Source of the DNA: Podarcis muralis
Lineage: Eukaryota
Length of the DNA: 64,000 bases
NCBI RefSeq assembly: GCF_964188315.1
Contig: NC_135655.1
Span: forward strand, 82,274,001-82,338,000
Direction: 5' to 3'
Shown here in pieces: positions 50,439 to 61,658 of the stretch. The first letter of the stretch is position 1. Each line of letters starts with the position of its first letter. The notes under the pieces are model-generated. The model saw nothing but the letters and a program-made list of their open reading frames with translations, was not told the DNA's origin and made no database searches. The translations under genes were made by a program, and so were the position numbers.

Positions 50439-52458
50439 CAGTGTTTCCCAACCTTTTTTGGGCAAAGGCACACTTGTTTCATGAAAAAAATCTTGAGGCA
50501 CACCACCATGCCAGATGGGGAAAGGTCACTTTCTACTTATGTAAAAAAAAAATAGTAACAGCATAGAAGGTAATGGTTAGGCTAGCATCCCTCTTCCAAA
50601 TATGCTAGGTTTTTATTTGCAGGGACTGTTCTACATGGGAAAGCATTCAGCACTGTCATTCTCCCATCTGCCACCTGAATTGGTACTATTCTGGGTCAAC
50701 TTACTCTGCTGCATGTGTAGATGAAAATGGCACCAAGTGTGGGGGAGGGGGCAGAACAGGTTTCAGATACAGGATATTAAGCATACACGTACTTCAGATT
50801 GAACTGGTTGCTTGCTTTGCAAGTTTTCATTTCCCAAATGACTGCCTTGGCAAGCGCAATACCTACCAGGCTCAACGCCGGTCTCGCGCTGCCGCTTCCC
50901 ACGCTCTCAAGGACCCGGGAGGAGGAAGGCGTGAAGGGAATCCCGAAGGCGCGAAAACCTCGCGCATGCGCAGGCCTTCCGCCTGCGACAGCCCAGTAGG
51001 CCAGCCGAAGCGAGCGGCGATGGGATGTGGGAGGGAGCTCGCTCGCCGCCCCGTGTGTGCCTATGTGGGGCACGTTACAGCCCCGTGACGTCAGCGCCAC
51101 GCAGGCAGCCAGGCAGGCAGACGGCGAGAGCCCCGCGCTAGTGTGCCGCGGAACACCGGTTGGGAAACACTGGTCTAATGATGACAATTTGGCCCTCTCT
51201 GAAGTGCTTCTCTGCAAGATATGGTAGGGTGTGTTACACAAGTAAACACTTGGAGGGTATGATAAAGAGAGCATTCCAAGAGTGACTTGGGATGCTATGA
51301 AGATGCTGCAAAAGTGGGCATGTGATTATTGCACGCCTTAAGCTAATGCTGAATACCCAAGAGTGTACAACTGGACTGCTGAATCCTAACTCGGTGTACT
51401 GAAAAGATGCTGGATGAGGCCCAGGCCAATAGTACCTGCAAAAGCAGCGTTATTAAAAGCAGCTTTCCCTTTGAACATCTCTTTGTTCAAAGTGCATCTG
51501 AAAGCCTAATGACCCACTGGTTCCTTATGAGTGAGCTTTAATGCAAGGATTTTGATGTTAATCCATGGATCAGATGCGTGTGTGTGGATAATCGCATTGT
51601 TGGACAGTCCTTTCTGCCTGTTGGCCGTTAGCCAACGACCCCCTCCTCCGCCTGAATGAAATGTGCCCCGTGGGAGCGTTGGGACATCAGAACCACGAGT
51701 TATAGTTATAGGCACGTCCCAGGGCGAAGCAGGTTTGGAGGGAGGGGGGTGCCTAAGAAACTATCGACGGGGTTGGCGAGGCGGCGTTCAGACTGGGCTG
51801 CAAACAGCAGCTGTGTAGCCTGGCCATAGGAAAGGCGAGCAGCTCCTTTTATTTCCTCCCTCGCAGCTGATTCCCCTCTCTCCCGCCACCAGATTGTGAA
51901 AAGGCTCGGAATTCAGCCTGAGGAAAACCCCAAGTCCCCACATTTCTAGTTTCCCGCGCCCTTTAAAGGGTGATACGAGCCCCACGGCAGGCAGGCAGGC
52001 AGGCAGAGCTGGGACAGAGGTTTCCAGGGGACACGGCAGCTCCTCGAAAGGCTTCTCTCGGCTGCGCTCAATCCTCCTCGGAGAGGATTTCCCCTCCGGT
52101 CCCATGCGTTCGTTTGGGGGAGCCCTCCGGCTGCTCCCTCTCCCGCCGCGCAGGAGCGATGCCTCTCTCTGGCTCTCCCTCCGCGCAGGCTGAGGGAGGG
52201 AGGGAGGGGCGCGTGTGACCCGTCTCTGCTGGGAGACCAAACCCAGCGAGGCAGAGTCGCGCGGAGGCGCCCAGGCAGCGCTGCCGGCTGCGAGGAGGAG
52301 CGCCAGGCAGCAGCAGGAGGCGCGGCCTCTCCTCACCGCCGCCGCCCCGCCTCTCGCCGCCCGACTCGCCCGCCTCCCTCCAGGCAACATCTTGCGGCAC
52401 ACCAGGCAGCGTCTCGCGGCACACTGGTGTGCCGCGGAACACCGGTTGGGAAACACTG
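50439..52458. mobile_element. Non-autonomous hAT element with CpG-rich cargo and an internal duplicate right end
   Basis: Perfect TIR cagtgtttcccaacc/ggttgggaaacactg; perfect TSD acttagta at 50431-50438 and 52459-52466; subterminal ggcacac motifs. Confidence 0.88.
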
Positions 52459-52965
52459 ACTTAGTATATAGAATATTCTACTACTTAGAATATAGAATAT
52501 ATACTACTATATACCTCATAGAATCGCTGTGAGGATAAAAAGGTAATAAGGAGACCATGTTTACTCTACACACCCAGAGAACCTTAATTATTGGGCAGAA
52601 CATAAACACTGCAAATAAATTAATAAGCTACCTTCTGCTTGGAGAAAGGGTCAGGTGTTTTTTTAAAGCAACAACAGCTAAACATATAATAAAGCAGTGT
52701 GCAAAAGTTCCATGATAGATGTTCAGAGATTCCTCATAATAAGCGCAAGGTGTGAAAAATAGGAAATATACTTTATTTCCTTGACATCTAATGGGAGGGC
52801 ATTCCACAGGGTGGACGTGACTACTAAGAAGGCCCTATGAGCTCTCCACAGCCGCCAACAGCGCACCCACACGAAGGGAAGAATCTACTTGGACTTCTGG
52901 TCCAGTATTCACTCTGCTCTCTCAGCTTCTTCATTTCTCTTCACCTGCCTTATTTCCCTCTAGAG

Positions 52966-53103
52966 CATCCTTTCTCAACCTGTGGGTCCCCAGATGTTTT
53001 TGAACTACAACTCCCATCACCCCTAGCTAGCAAGGCCAGAGCTCAGGGATGATGGGAGTTGTAATCCAACAACATCTGGGGACCCACAGGTTGAGAACCG
53101 CTG
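52966..53103. mobile_element. hAT MITE
   Basis: Hairpin interior; perfect TSD ctctagag at 52958-52965 and 53104-53111. Confidence 0.85.
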
Positions 53104-53327
53104 CTCTAGAGTCTAGAGTCTGCCATCCCAGTCTGCACTTGACAATGAGTCCTTCATACACAAACCAAACTACATGCCCTTGGGGTACACTTGACTTTTT
53201 CAAATGTGAATATTCCCATAAAGCTGATTGCTCGGAGGAAATGTGTTGCTCTGTAATACCATTTCATAAAAGGTTCAGGTCCATCTCAGCAATAATTCAT
53301 AGTTTCATCATGAATAAAGGGTTAAAC

Positions 53328-53460
53328 TAGAGGTGGAGAACCTGTGTCCCTTCAGATGCTGCTGGGCTCCCAGCTCCCATCAGTTCCAGCCAATATGGCC
53401 AATGATCAGGGGTGATGTTAGTCCAGGAGCATTTGGAGGACTGTAGGTTAGCCATTCCTG
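53328..53460. mobile_element. hAT MITE, degenerate
   Basis: TSD ggttaaac/agttaaac. Confidence 0.65.
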
Positions 53461-55807
53461 AGTTAAACTAATCAGCTTCTGGGTATATGTCAAATACCTA
53501 CCCTGGAAGGTGACTTTGAGCAAGAAGACAGTTTGGTTCATGCAAACGATGCTAGCCTAAAAATCTCAACATACTTTCAATTTACGTTTTGATCCTGAGG
53601 AAGAACTTGAAGAAAAGAGAGTCCTCCTTGGGATGTAGCTGGCAAAATGAGTATTTCGAGACCATGAATACTGTTAGTACTAGAAGTACTGCTTCTTGAT
53701 TTCCTTGTGAGTTTTATTTTCAATACAAATAGGGTAAAATACAATTAAGACACTCTTCAAAATGAATTTTGGCATCATCAATAGACCTCAATGCCAAACT
53801 GTTTAAGTTATGTGAGGTCTCATTGTTGTTATAGGTAAACCTCTCTAAGGTGCAGGTCCAAAATCATTCTCCAAATCATGGGGAAATGGCAGTTGATCTT
53901 ATCATACTGGACAGCTGCCAGGAAGCAAAAGTGGAGAGAGTAAGAACAGGAAGCTGGACTAGAGGGGCCTTTGGTCTGATGCAGTGGGGCTCTTATGTTC
54001 ATTTCTTTTCTCTAGGTTTTTTTTAATATTAAAAAATGCCTTGCCAGTTTTTCAAGCAGCATCTTAGATGCTTTCAGCTGCTGCCAAGCCATAGCCCATG
54101 GGGCAGATTGCTTCCCACCAACTGTAGTCCTTTAGGATCCGATCATATTTTGCATATTTATTTTAATATATTCAAGATAACTTGCACCTGTTTTATTTTT
54201 GGTATTCTTGTAACTCATCCTGGGACAATTGGGTGAAGAAGAGGGTCTATGTAATAAATAAGTAAATATTAGAATTCACAAAAAACTGTTTCCTTTATGG
54301 TTACAGACTGTTTCATTAGCCAGTGCCCCATGGGAGATTGTACTAACAAATCTCTGTATGCTAGAACCGCCACAGGAGTTTTGTTGTTGAAGTACAGTAT
54401 GGAGAAAATTACTTTTTTGTCTTGTAAAATCCTGGCGCTTCACCAACAAAGAAAGGCCAGTATAATAAAGCTACTTTTTGTAACAGTTTGTGGAAGTTTA
54501 TATTTCCTTCCAATGAGGTCTGTCAGTGTGAAGCACCCAAAACCATTTCATCCACAATATCTTTCCACTGTGTATTATTTAGAGATTCCTCCATATCAAA
54601 CCAAAAACATCTTGGCAAAGTCACAAGGTAAACAAAGAAGTATTAACAGAGCAGCTTGACTTATTACTGCAGAGGTCCATCAGGTGGAAGGATCCCAATG
54701 GGTTTACCCAAACCCAGATCTTCAAGATAAAATAAGTACATCTTCATTTGGGAATCTGATGACTAAAAGAAGGCATGCACTTCAGACCTAGAATAATAAC
54801 CTAGAATAATAATTAAGAAACCAACTTCAACTCCTTCCCTTGCTGCTATAATTGTTGCCTGAAACTGTGGTGAGTACAGATCTCTCCTTTTCTCCAATGT
54901 GGTATACAAGCTGATGTTGTCCTCAGATTCTCAGAGAATTCATAATGAATTTAAAGAGTTTATGGCTAAAAATGAGATAACTATTCTACCTAAATTTATC
55001 AGTGAGAGACATCCATGCTGACGTAAAGAAAATGATTTGCTTCTTTCCTATATGATTTGTCACCTTATATTTCTTAACCTGGTGCCCATGTCCATATATA
55101 GAGAACATTCCATCTGTGGAATTTTGCTTCCATATGTGGAACTCCTTTATTGGCTTGGCGTGTAACATCAGTATGTTACATTAACAAAAACATTAGAAGA
55201 GCTCTGACCAAAGACCTGTCTTATTCAGCATCCTGACCTAAGCAACCAGATCCTTATGGGAAGCTCATAAACAGGATATGAACAAAAGAGCGCTACCATC
55301 AATTGTTATTCCCAGCACTTGAGGAAATGATATTGAGTTTAAATGAAGTCAACTGGGTGTAGCTTGTCCAAATAACTCATAATTGCTGGAGTTGTTAAAA
55401 GTGGCCTACAATTTCCTTTCCCCTTTCCCCCATTTTATTCTTCTTCTTGTTTTTATATATTGTTTATAGGAAATTCTATCCTGCTGTTCTAGTGCCTCTG
55501 CAATGCTCAGTATTCTTAATTTTCTCACAATATAAAAATATATTTAGAGGGGGGTCTTTTTTTAAAAAAGGAGAAAGAACAGTAACTGAAACAACACCTG
55601 TGTATTTTCAGTTAAAGGATCAAACTGGAGATTGCTCAGACAAGTTCCTCCTTTCCCCCCCTAAAAAAATGATATTTCCGAAGAGATTTTGAATGTCAAA
55701 TAATCTTGTTTTTTTTTATAGCAGCTTTTCAAAATCTGATTTGCTACCTATAACACTGAAATTTATTATTTTCCTCCTTTCCAATAACAGTATGTTTGCA
55801 AGGGCAC

Positions 55808-56746
55808 ATGGATGGGGACAACTGCACTATAGTGAACGAGTTCATTCTTGTGGGACTCACAGATCGATCTGAACTGCAAATCATCCTCTTCATAGTCTTC
55901 TTGCTGATCTACATTATCACAATATTGGGGAATGCTGGGATCATTGTAATCGTGAGGACTTGCTCTCAGCTTCAAACGCCAATGTATTTCTTCCTTAGCA
56001 ACTTATCCTTCCTGGACCTGTGCTATTCCTCTGTCGTAACACCCAAGATGCTAGTGAGCTTCATATCACATAGAAAAACCATCTCCTACTCTAGCTGTTT
56101 CACTCAGTTATATTTTTATATTGCTTTGGCAACAGCAGAATGTTACCTCTTGGCAGCCATGGCATATGATCGCTATGTGGCCGTCTGTAACCCACTGATG
56201 TACACAGTCATCATGTCTGAAAGACTATGTGTTTTGTTGGTGTTTGCTTCTTTTGTGGTAGGCTTCCTAAATGCAACAGTACAGATAGGTTTTTCCTTAA
56301 CAGTGTCCTTTGGTGATTCTAAGGTCATTAACCATTTCTTTTGTGATGGGCCACCATTGATGAAGTTGGCCTGCTCTGATACCACTCTCAACCAAATCCT
56401 TGTTTTTACTATTGTTGGATTCAATGAAGTTACCACCACGTCCATAGTTCTCATTTCTTATACCTGCATCTTCTCTACCATCCTCAGAATACGCTCCAAT
56501 GACAGCAAGCACAAAGCTTTCTCCACCTGTACTTCTCATCTAACCGCCGTCAGTTTGTTCTATGGGACCCTCCTCTTTATGTACTTGAGACCCAGTTCCA
56601 GCTACTCTTTGGAGCAGGATAAAATAATTGCAGTGGTCTACACAGTGTTGATCCCGTTCGTGAATCCCCTGATCTATAGCCTCAGGAACAAAGATGTGAA
56701 GGATGCCTTGATTAAAGGAATGGAGAGACTCGGGATTTCAAGATAA
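55808..56746 (+). CDS. Olfactory receptor, family 5 (start MDGDNCT)
   Basis: Intact ORF with OR motifs; acceptor at 55788-55790. Confidence 0.94.
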   Translation: MDGDNCTIVNEFILVGLTDRSELQIILFIVFLLIYIITILGNAGIIVIVRTCSQLQTPMYFFLSNLSFLDLCYSSVVTPKMLVSFISHRKTISYSSCFTQLYFYIALATAECYLLAAMAYDRYVAVCNPLMYTVIMSERLCVLLVFASFVVGFLNATVQIGFSLTVSFGDSKVINHFFCDGPPLMKLACSDTTLNQILVFTIVGFNEVTTTSIVLISYTCIFSTILRIRSNDSKHKAFSTCTSHLTAVSLFYGTLLFMYLRPSSSYSLEQDKIIAVVYTVLIPFVNPLIYSLRNKDVKDALIKGMERLGISR

Positions 56747-57719
56747 ATGTAGCAGTCACATACTGGAAAGAATATGGCAAAGGGTTAGCTCTTTGATTTA
56801 CCTGAAGGCTGGGGAGGGGAGAGAATTTTAAAACAAAAGAAAAAATAGGAATAAAAGCTAATGCTCATAATATATATATATATCCAGAGTTATACAGGAT
56901 GATATTCAATGTTAGTTATACCCATTGTGCCAGGCTGGCACAATGAGACCGCTGAACTTTAGTAATGTACATTCATTGATTTTAATAGGTCTGAGCTCTG
57001 AATATGACAGTTGGATATCATCCATACCTTATTATTTCAAATAGAGAGTTTCACAAGCCTTCATAAAGGAACCAAAAGGAAGAAAAATAATGTATTTGTA
57101 CGTACAGTATCTACAATAAATAAAAACGAGAACATAGTGATAGTAGTAGTTGTAGTACAATGAGTAGATTTTTAGAAGGTTCTTAATGCTTAGAAGGGAT
57201 AGATATGGAGATTGTATTGATTGCTATTACTGTGCAAAACAAAACAAAAAAAAAAACAAGTAGAAGGCACAAATATAGACATGTTGGAATTTAGATTTTC
57301 AAATCACATTGGTTGCACATTGGCTTGAAATTGATTGTTCCAGTGATTTATTGATATGGACCATCTCTCAGTGAGCTTGTCTTCTGTCTTTTGCTTAGCC
57401 CTGTGTTTCGCTTGGCTTAGAAGTGTGTAAAGTTTATTAACATATGCAACTACCATTTCAAAAGTAGCTTTGTCAATATAAGAAAGGGTTTCTTGAAAAT
57501 GAGAAAGGTGATTCATGATTGGCATATTAATTATTTATGAATAAATAAAAATACAAATTCTGCTTGTTATTATCCAAAAATTATTATGCAACTTTACAAT
57601 CTGCCCCCCCTGCCCCCGCAATCCAACTTGGTGCTGGTCCTTAGGTGGGTCAGAGATGATTTGGCGTTGGGGTGAACTGTGAGGTGGCCAAGCTTGCTAA
57701 ACAAACCAGGTTATTTGGG

Positions 57720-57970
57720 ATGATGAAAACAAAAAAAGGATAGCAAAGATCTTCAAAGATATATAACTGGCAAGTGTAATTCAATGTAAGAGATTCATAT
57801 GGGGTAAAAAAATTCCTAATTTCATATATATGCTAACAGAGACTCAACTGGTGGTGATTGATGATGAAGACTGTTAAATATCTATATTTCTGTGTATATT
57901 GCTCTGTTACTTAGAGTGAAGAAAAAATGTTGAATTGTTTAAGTGAGAGAATGGTTTCTATAGGTACAAT
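57720..57970 (+). mobile_element. CR1 ORF2 fragment, old
   Basis: Degenerate DLQ.., FNV and KNPNF.Y.L-like segments. Confidence 0.5.
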
Positions 57971-58106
57971 CCTATACTCAAGCAGTTCTTTCAAAAAGTT
58001 AAGGCATTACAAACATTTTAAATATTCCCATTATAGTGAATGGGGAAACTTGAAGCTTCGTTGTTCCAGAACAAGGTTCTGATTTGAGTCTGAGCAAAGC
58101 AAGTAG

Positions 58107-58148
58107 CCTCTGAAGTGGTGCACACCACCTCTGAAGTGGTGCACACCA
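58107..58148. repeat. 21-bp tandem duplication
   Basis: cctctgaagtggtgcacacca occurs twice. Confidence 0.9.
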
Positions 58149-58215
58149 CTTTCTGAATCATCTGGTCAAGGTCCAAACCAAATCTCGTGTTCAGTACACA
58201 CCTCTAATATCTATG

Positions 58216-58515
58216 TTGTTGTTGTTGTTGTTTAGTCGTTTAGTCGTGTCCAACTGTTTGTGACCCCATGGACCAGAGCACGCCAGGCACTCCTGTCTTC
58301 ATAACTTTTATATGCCTGTTATCTTTGTCCATGGAGTTTACTTGGCAGGGATACTGGAGTGGCTTGCCAGTTCCTGCTCCAGGTGGATCACGTTTGGTCA
58401 AAACTCTGCACTATGACCTGTCCATCTTGGGTGGCCCTGCATGGCATAGCTCACAGCTTCTCTAAGTTGTTCAAGCCCCTTCGCCACGACAAGGCAGTGA
58501 TCCATGAAGTACCGG
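58216..58515 (-). mobile_element. Miniature BovB (RTE): 5' end fused to 3' end
   Basis: cttcatggatcactgccttgtcgtggcgaagggg head, cgactaaacaacaac tail; TSD taatatctatg at 58205-58215 and 58516-58526. Confidence 0.8.
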
Positions 58516-58988
58516 TAATATCTATGGTCAGTACTAAAAGATGTGACATGTGTTACAAAAGACACTTCCATTTTCTCCTTAAGGGGAATAAGCCTTTCTG
58601 GTATTACTCTGTTAATTTATAAGTATTTTTAGGAAGGTTGCAATAGCCTTTTTATAGTTAAGGTGGAATTTAATTATATCATATATGGTATAAAAAAGCA
58701 GTTTTTAAGTGGCTCCTTTTTTCTTTTTCTTTTTTGAAGGGGCTACTTGTTAAAGGGGTTTAAGTTTTTTTTTTAATTAGTTTTCAAATTGCTATAGAAC
58801 CACAAGGACAGATAAACCAAATTAAATAATAACACCCAATCTAAGATCAAGACATCCATATTTTCCTAGAAGGTGCAGAGAGAGATAACTGTAAATCTGA
58901 AACTATATGGGATTACACACATGAGACAGGAACTTTACAGAGCTGATGGAGTCCACTTGTCAGACTTAGGGAATGACATTATACTCTC

Positions 58989-59018
<30 letters not shown>

Positions 59019-59064
<46 letters not shown>

Positions 59065-59388
59065 TTCTTATTTATACCCTGCCCATCTGGCTGGGTTTCC
59101 CCAGCCACTCTAGGCGGCTCCCAACAGAATATTAAAAACATAATAAAACTTCAAAAATCAAAAACTTCCCAAAACAGGGTTGCCTTCAGATGTCATCTAA
59201 AAGTCAGATAGTTGTTTATTTCCTTGACATCTGATGGGAGGGTGTTCCACAGGGTGGGCATCACTACCGAGAAGGCCCTCTGCCTGGTTCTCTGTAACCT
59301 CATTTCTTGCAGTGAAGAAACCACCAGAAGGCCCTCGGAGCTGGACCTCAGTGTCCGGACTGAACGATGGGGGTGGAGACATTCCTTC
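59019..59388 (-). mobile_element. L2 3' fragment with (AAT)n tail, next to a (GAT)n tract
   Basis: Matches 24077 and 63455. Confidence 0.85.
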
Positions 59389-59589
59389 TGACCTTCATAA
59401 GGGGTTAAGAGCAGTAATAGTTGAGCAGTGGGGGAAGAAGCACTAAGTTATCCTTTTCGTGTTGCAGGTGTGAACGGGAAAGGAATAGATTGAAATGGAT
59501 GATGAGTTCCTTGAGGCATGTTTGAGGTAAACTGTGATGCCAGAGTATTTCACGCTTTGTGATGTCATGGCGAAGGGTATGGCTCACTG

Positions 59590-59882
59590 TTGAGCTTAAC
59601 TTGTGTCACCCATTTTGGGTTTTGCAGTCTTGATGGGCCATGAATCAGGAAGGAGTTCCTCCTCACCTTTAAGGGTGTGGTGTGACAGGTACATGTTCAT
59701 CTGCAAACCCATTACACAGCTATCATGAGCAAAAGTGTATGCAGTTGGATGAGGAGGGAATTATGGCTGAGTGCAGTTCACATTCAATGGTACAGACTCT
59801 CCTCACTATACATCTCTCCTCTTGTGGGCGAAATGAAATTGACGATTATTTCTGTGGTGTCTACCCTTTATTGAAATTTGCA
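59590..59882 (+). pseudogene. Decayed OR fragment (TM3-ECL2), family 4-like
   Basis: Frameshifted remnants: [27 protein letters not shown] and [34 protein letters not shown]. Confidence 0.8.
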
Positions 59883-60855
59883 AAAATTAAGTTTCACCAC
59901 CTAAAATGGCATGCCCTACTGTGGCAAGAGGAGTTGGAAATTAAGGCCACCTTGACTCCCTTCAGTGTAGGCTTACCCAGTTAACAGACAAGAGCCTGAT
60001 AGAGTCTGAAGATGCTTCTGTACATTTTGTCATTTATAAGTTGAGTATGTTCTTCTGTATTTAATAAAGTGGTCCTCATTCTACACCATACTTGGTGTTT
60101 TGCCTCATTATTTCTGGTTTCCTAACATAAAAGCACACTTTCTTCTTTTGGGAGTAGGGAATCGTTTTGAACAGAAAATGATTCCCTAGCTCCAATACAG
60201 TATTGTTTTCTCTACCATCAAGGGAAAACAACTCAAGCCATTAACAACCAACTGATTTTGTGCTTAGGGGACTAAAGCTCTTGACATCAGGCAACCTAGT
60301 ATAAATGTACCAACACTTTCAGACCCTTGTATCTTTCTGAAATGAGAAAATGGCATTATTTAGAGACATACATTTAAGGTAAGTATTAACTAGCAGGATG
60401 AGAAAGTTGATTTTCGCTCTCTTGGAAAGGTTGACAAAAGGGTTGTGACTGAGTAGAAGACTAGGAAACAAAGATGTCTCCCAATACCATTACAGCATTT
60501 GCTAAAGTTGCAGTTGCAATAATCAAACTTTAATTGGTCTAGCTGTCACCTAAAGCTTTCAGCCGTAATCTGGTGCCCACTGACCCCATTAAATTCAGTG
60601 AGATTTACTTTTGAGTATACATGTACAGGATTGCTTTCTCAGTGAGGCAAGGAACTAAAGAGCTCACTCGATTAATTTAACCTGTTTGTTTTAACCTGTT
60701 TGTGGTGCATTACTGTGAAAAAATCAGTATGAAAGAATCAGTATGAATGATGACTTCTCCTAACAATTGGCCACATATTTCATTTGAAGAAAGGAAAAAA
60801 AAACCCAGTTAGGTTACATTTGTTTCAATATAATCAAAAAAATGATGTCAAGATG

Positions 60856-60856
<1 letters not shown>

Positions 60857-60900
<44 letters not shown>
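60857..60900. repeat. (TAT)n microsatellite
   Basis: Seen directly. Confidence 0.95.
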
Positions 60901-60902
<2 letters not shown>

Positions 60903-61658
60903 AAAGTCAGTCAAATACTTGAAATTCAGAATGCTGATAACACAAATTGTTTAATCAGTTGACAGCTGTAATAATTGGAGAGCTTCTGGTTGCGCTGTGG
61001 CCTGCCAAACTATATCTAGTGGTAACCTAGGCTAAGCCAGGCCTTTTTCAGTTGCAGAATCTAGTCTCTGGGATTTCACCCCATGCCCCATAGTAGCAGC
61101 TCTGTTGAGTTTTTGGTTCCTCATGAAAATGCATTTATTAACCCAGATTTTGTTGGTTACTGGCACCAAACATTGAGAAAATATCTGGAAATTGCTGTCT
61201 CTAGTGCCTTCAATGCCCAGTAATTTAAATTTTCTTACAATAGTTAAGATTCTTGGGAGAGAAGTCCTGAAAGAGAAGAGGAGAGGAGGAAGAAGGAAAA
61301 GGAGGAGAAGCATTACACGAGTCAACCGTAACATGACCTTCATGCTCTCATTTGAACTACAATAATGGAGATTGCTGGGGAAAGATCCACCTTTTCCCCC
61401 AAAACTGATAATATTTCTGCTTTAAAATTATAATTAAATCATATTTTTTTCATGAACAATAACCACATACCTTTTAAAATCCCTGGGGAAACCCAGCCAG
61501 GTGGACAGGGTATAAATAATAACATTATTTTTTAAAAAAACATTGTGAATGATGTGCACCGGGCACTGAAATATTTTTTCCACCCTCTCAAATAACAGAA
61601 TATGTGCACATAGATATACATATAGACAGACAGATATATCAAGTGCTTGTAACTGCAC

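Noticed and set aside
51788-52456. 222-aa minus-strand ORF and overlapping GC-rich ORFs
   Set aside because: Low-complexity Arg/Ala/Pro/Gly content expected from stop-poor GC-rich DNA; no recognisable domain; no transposase motifs.
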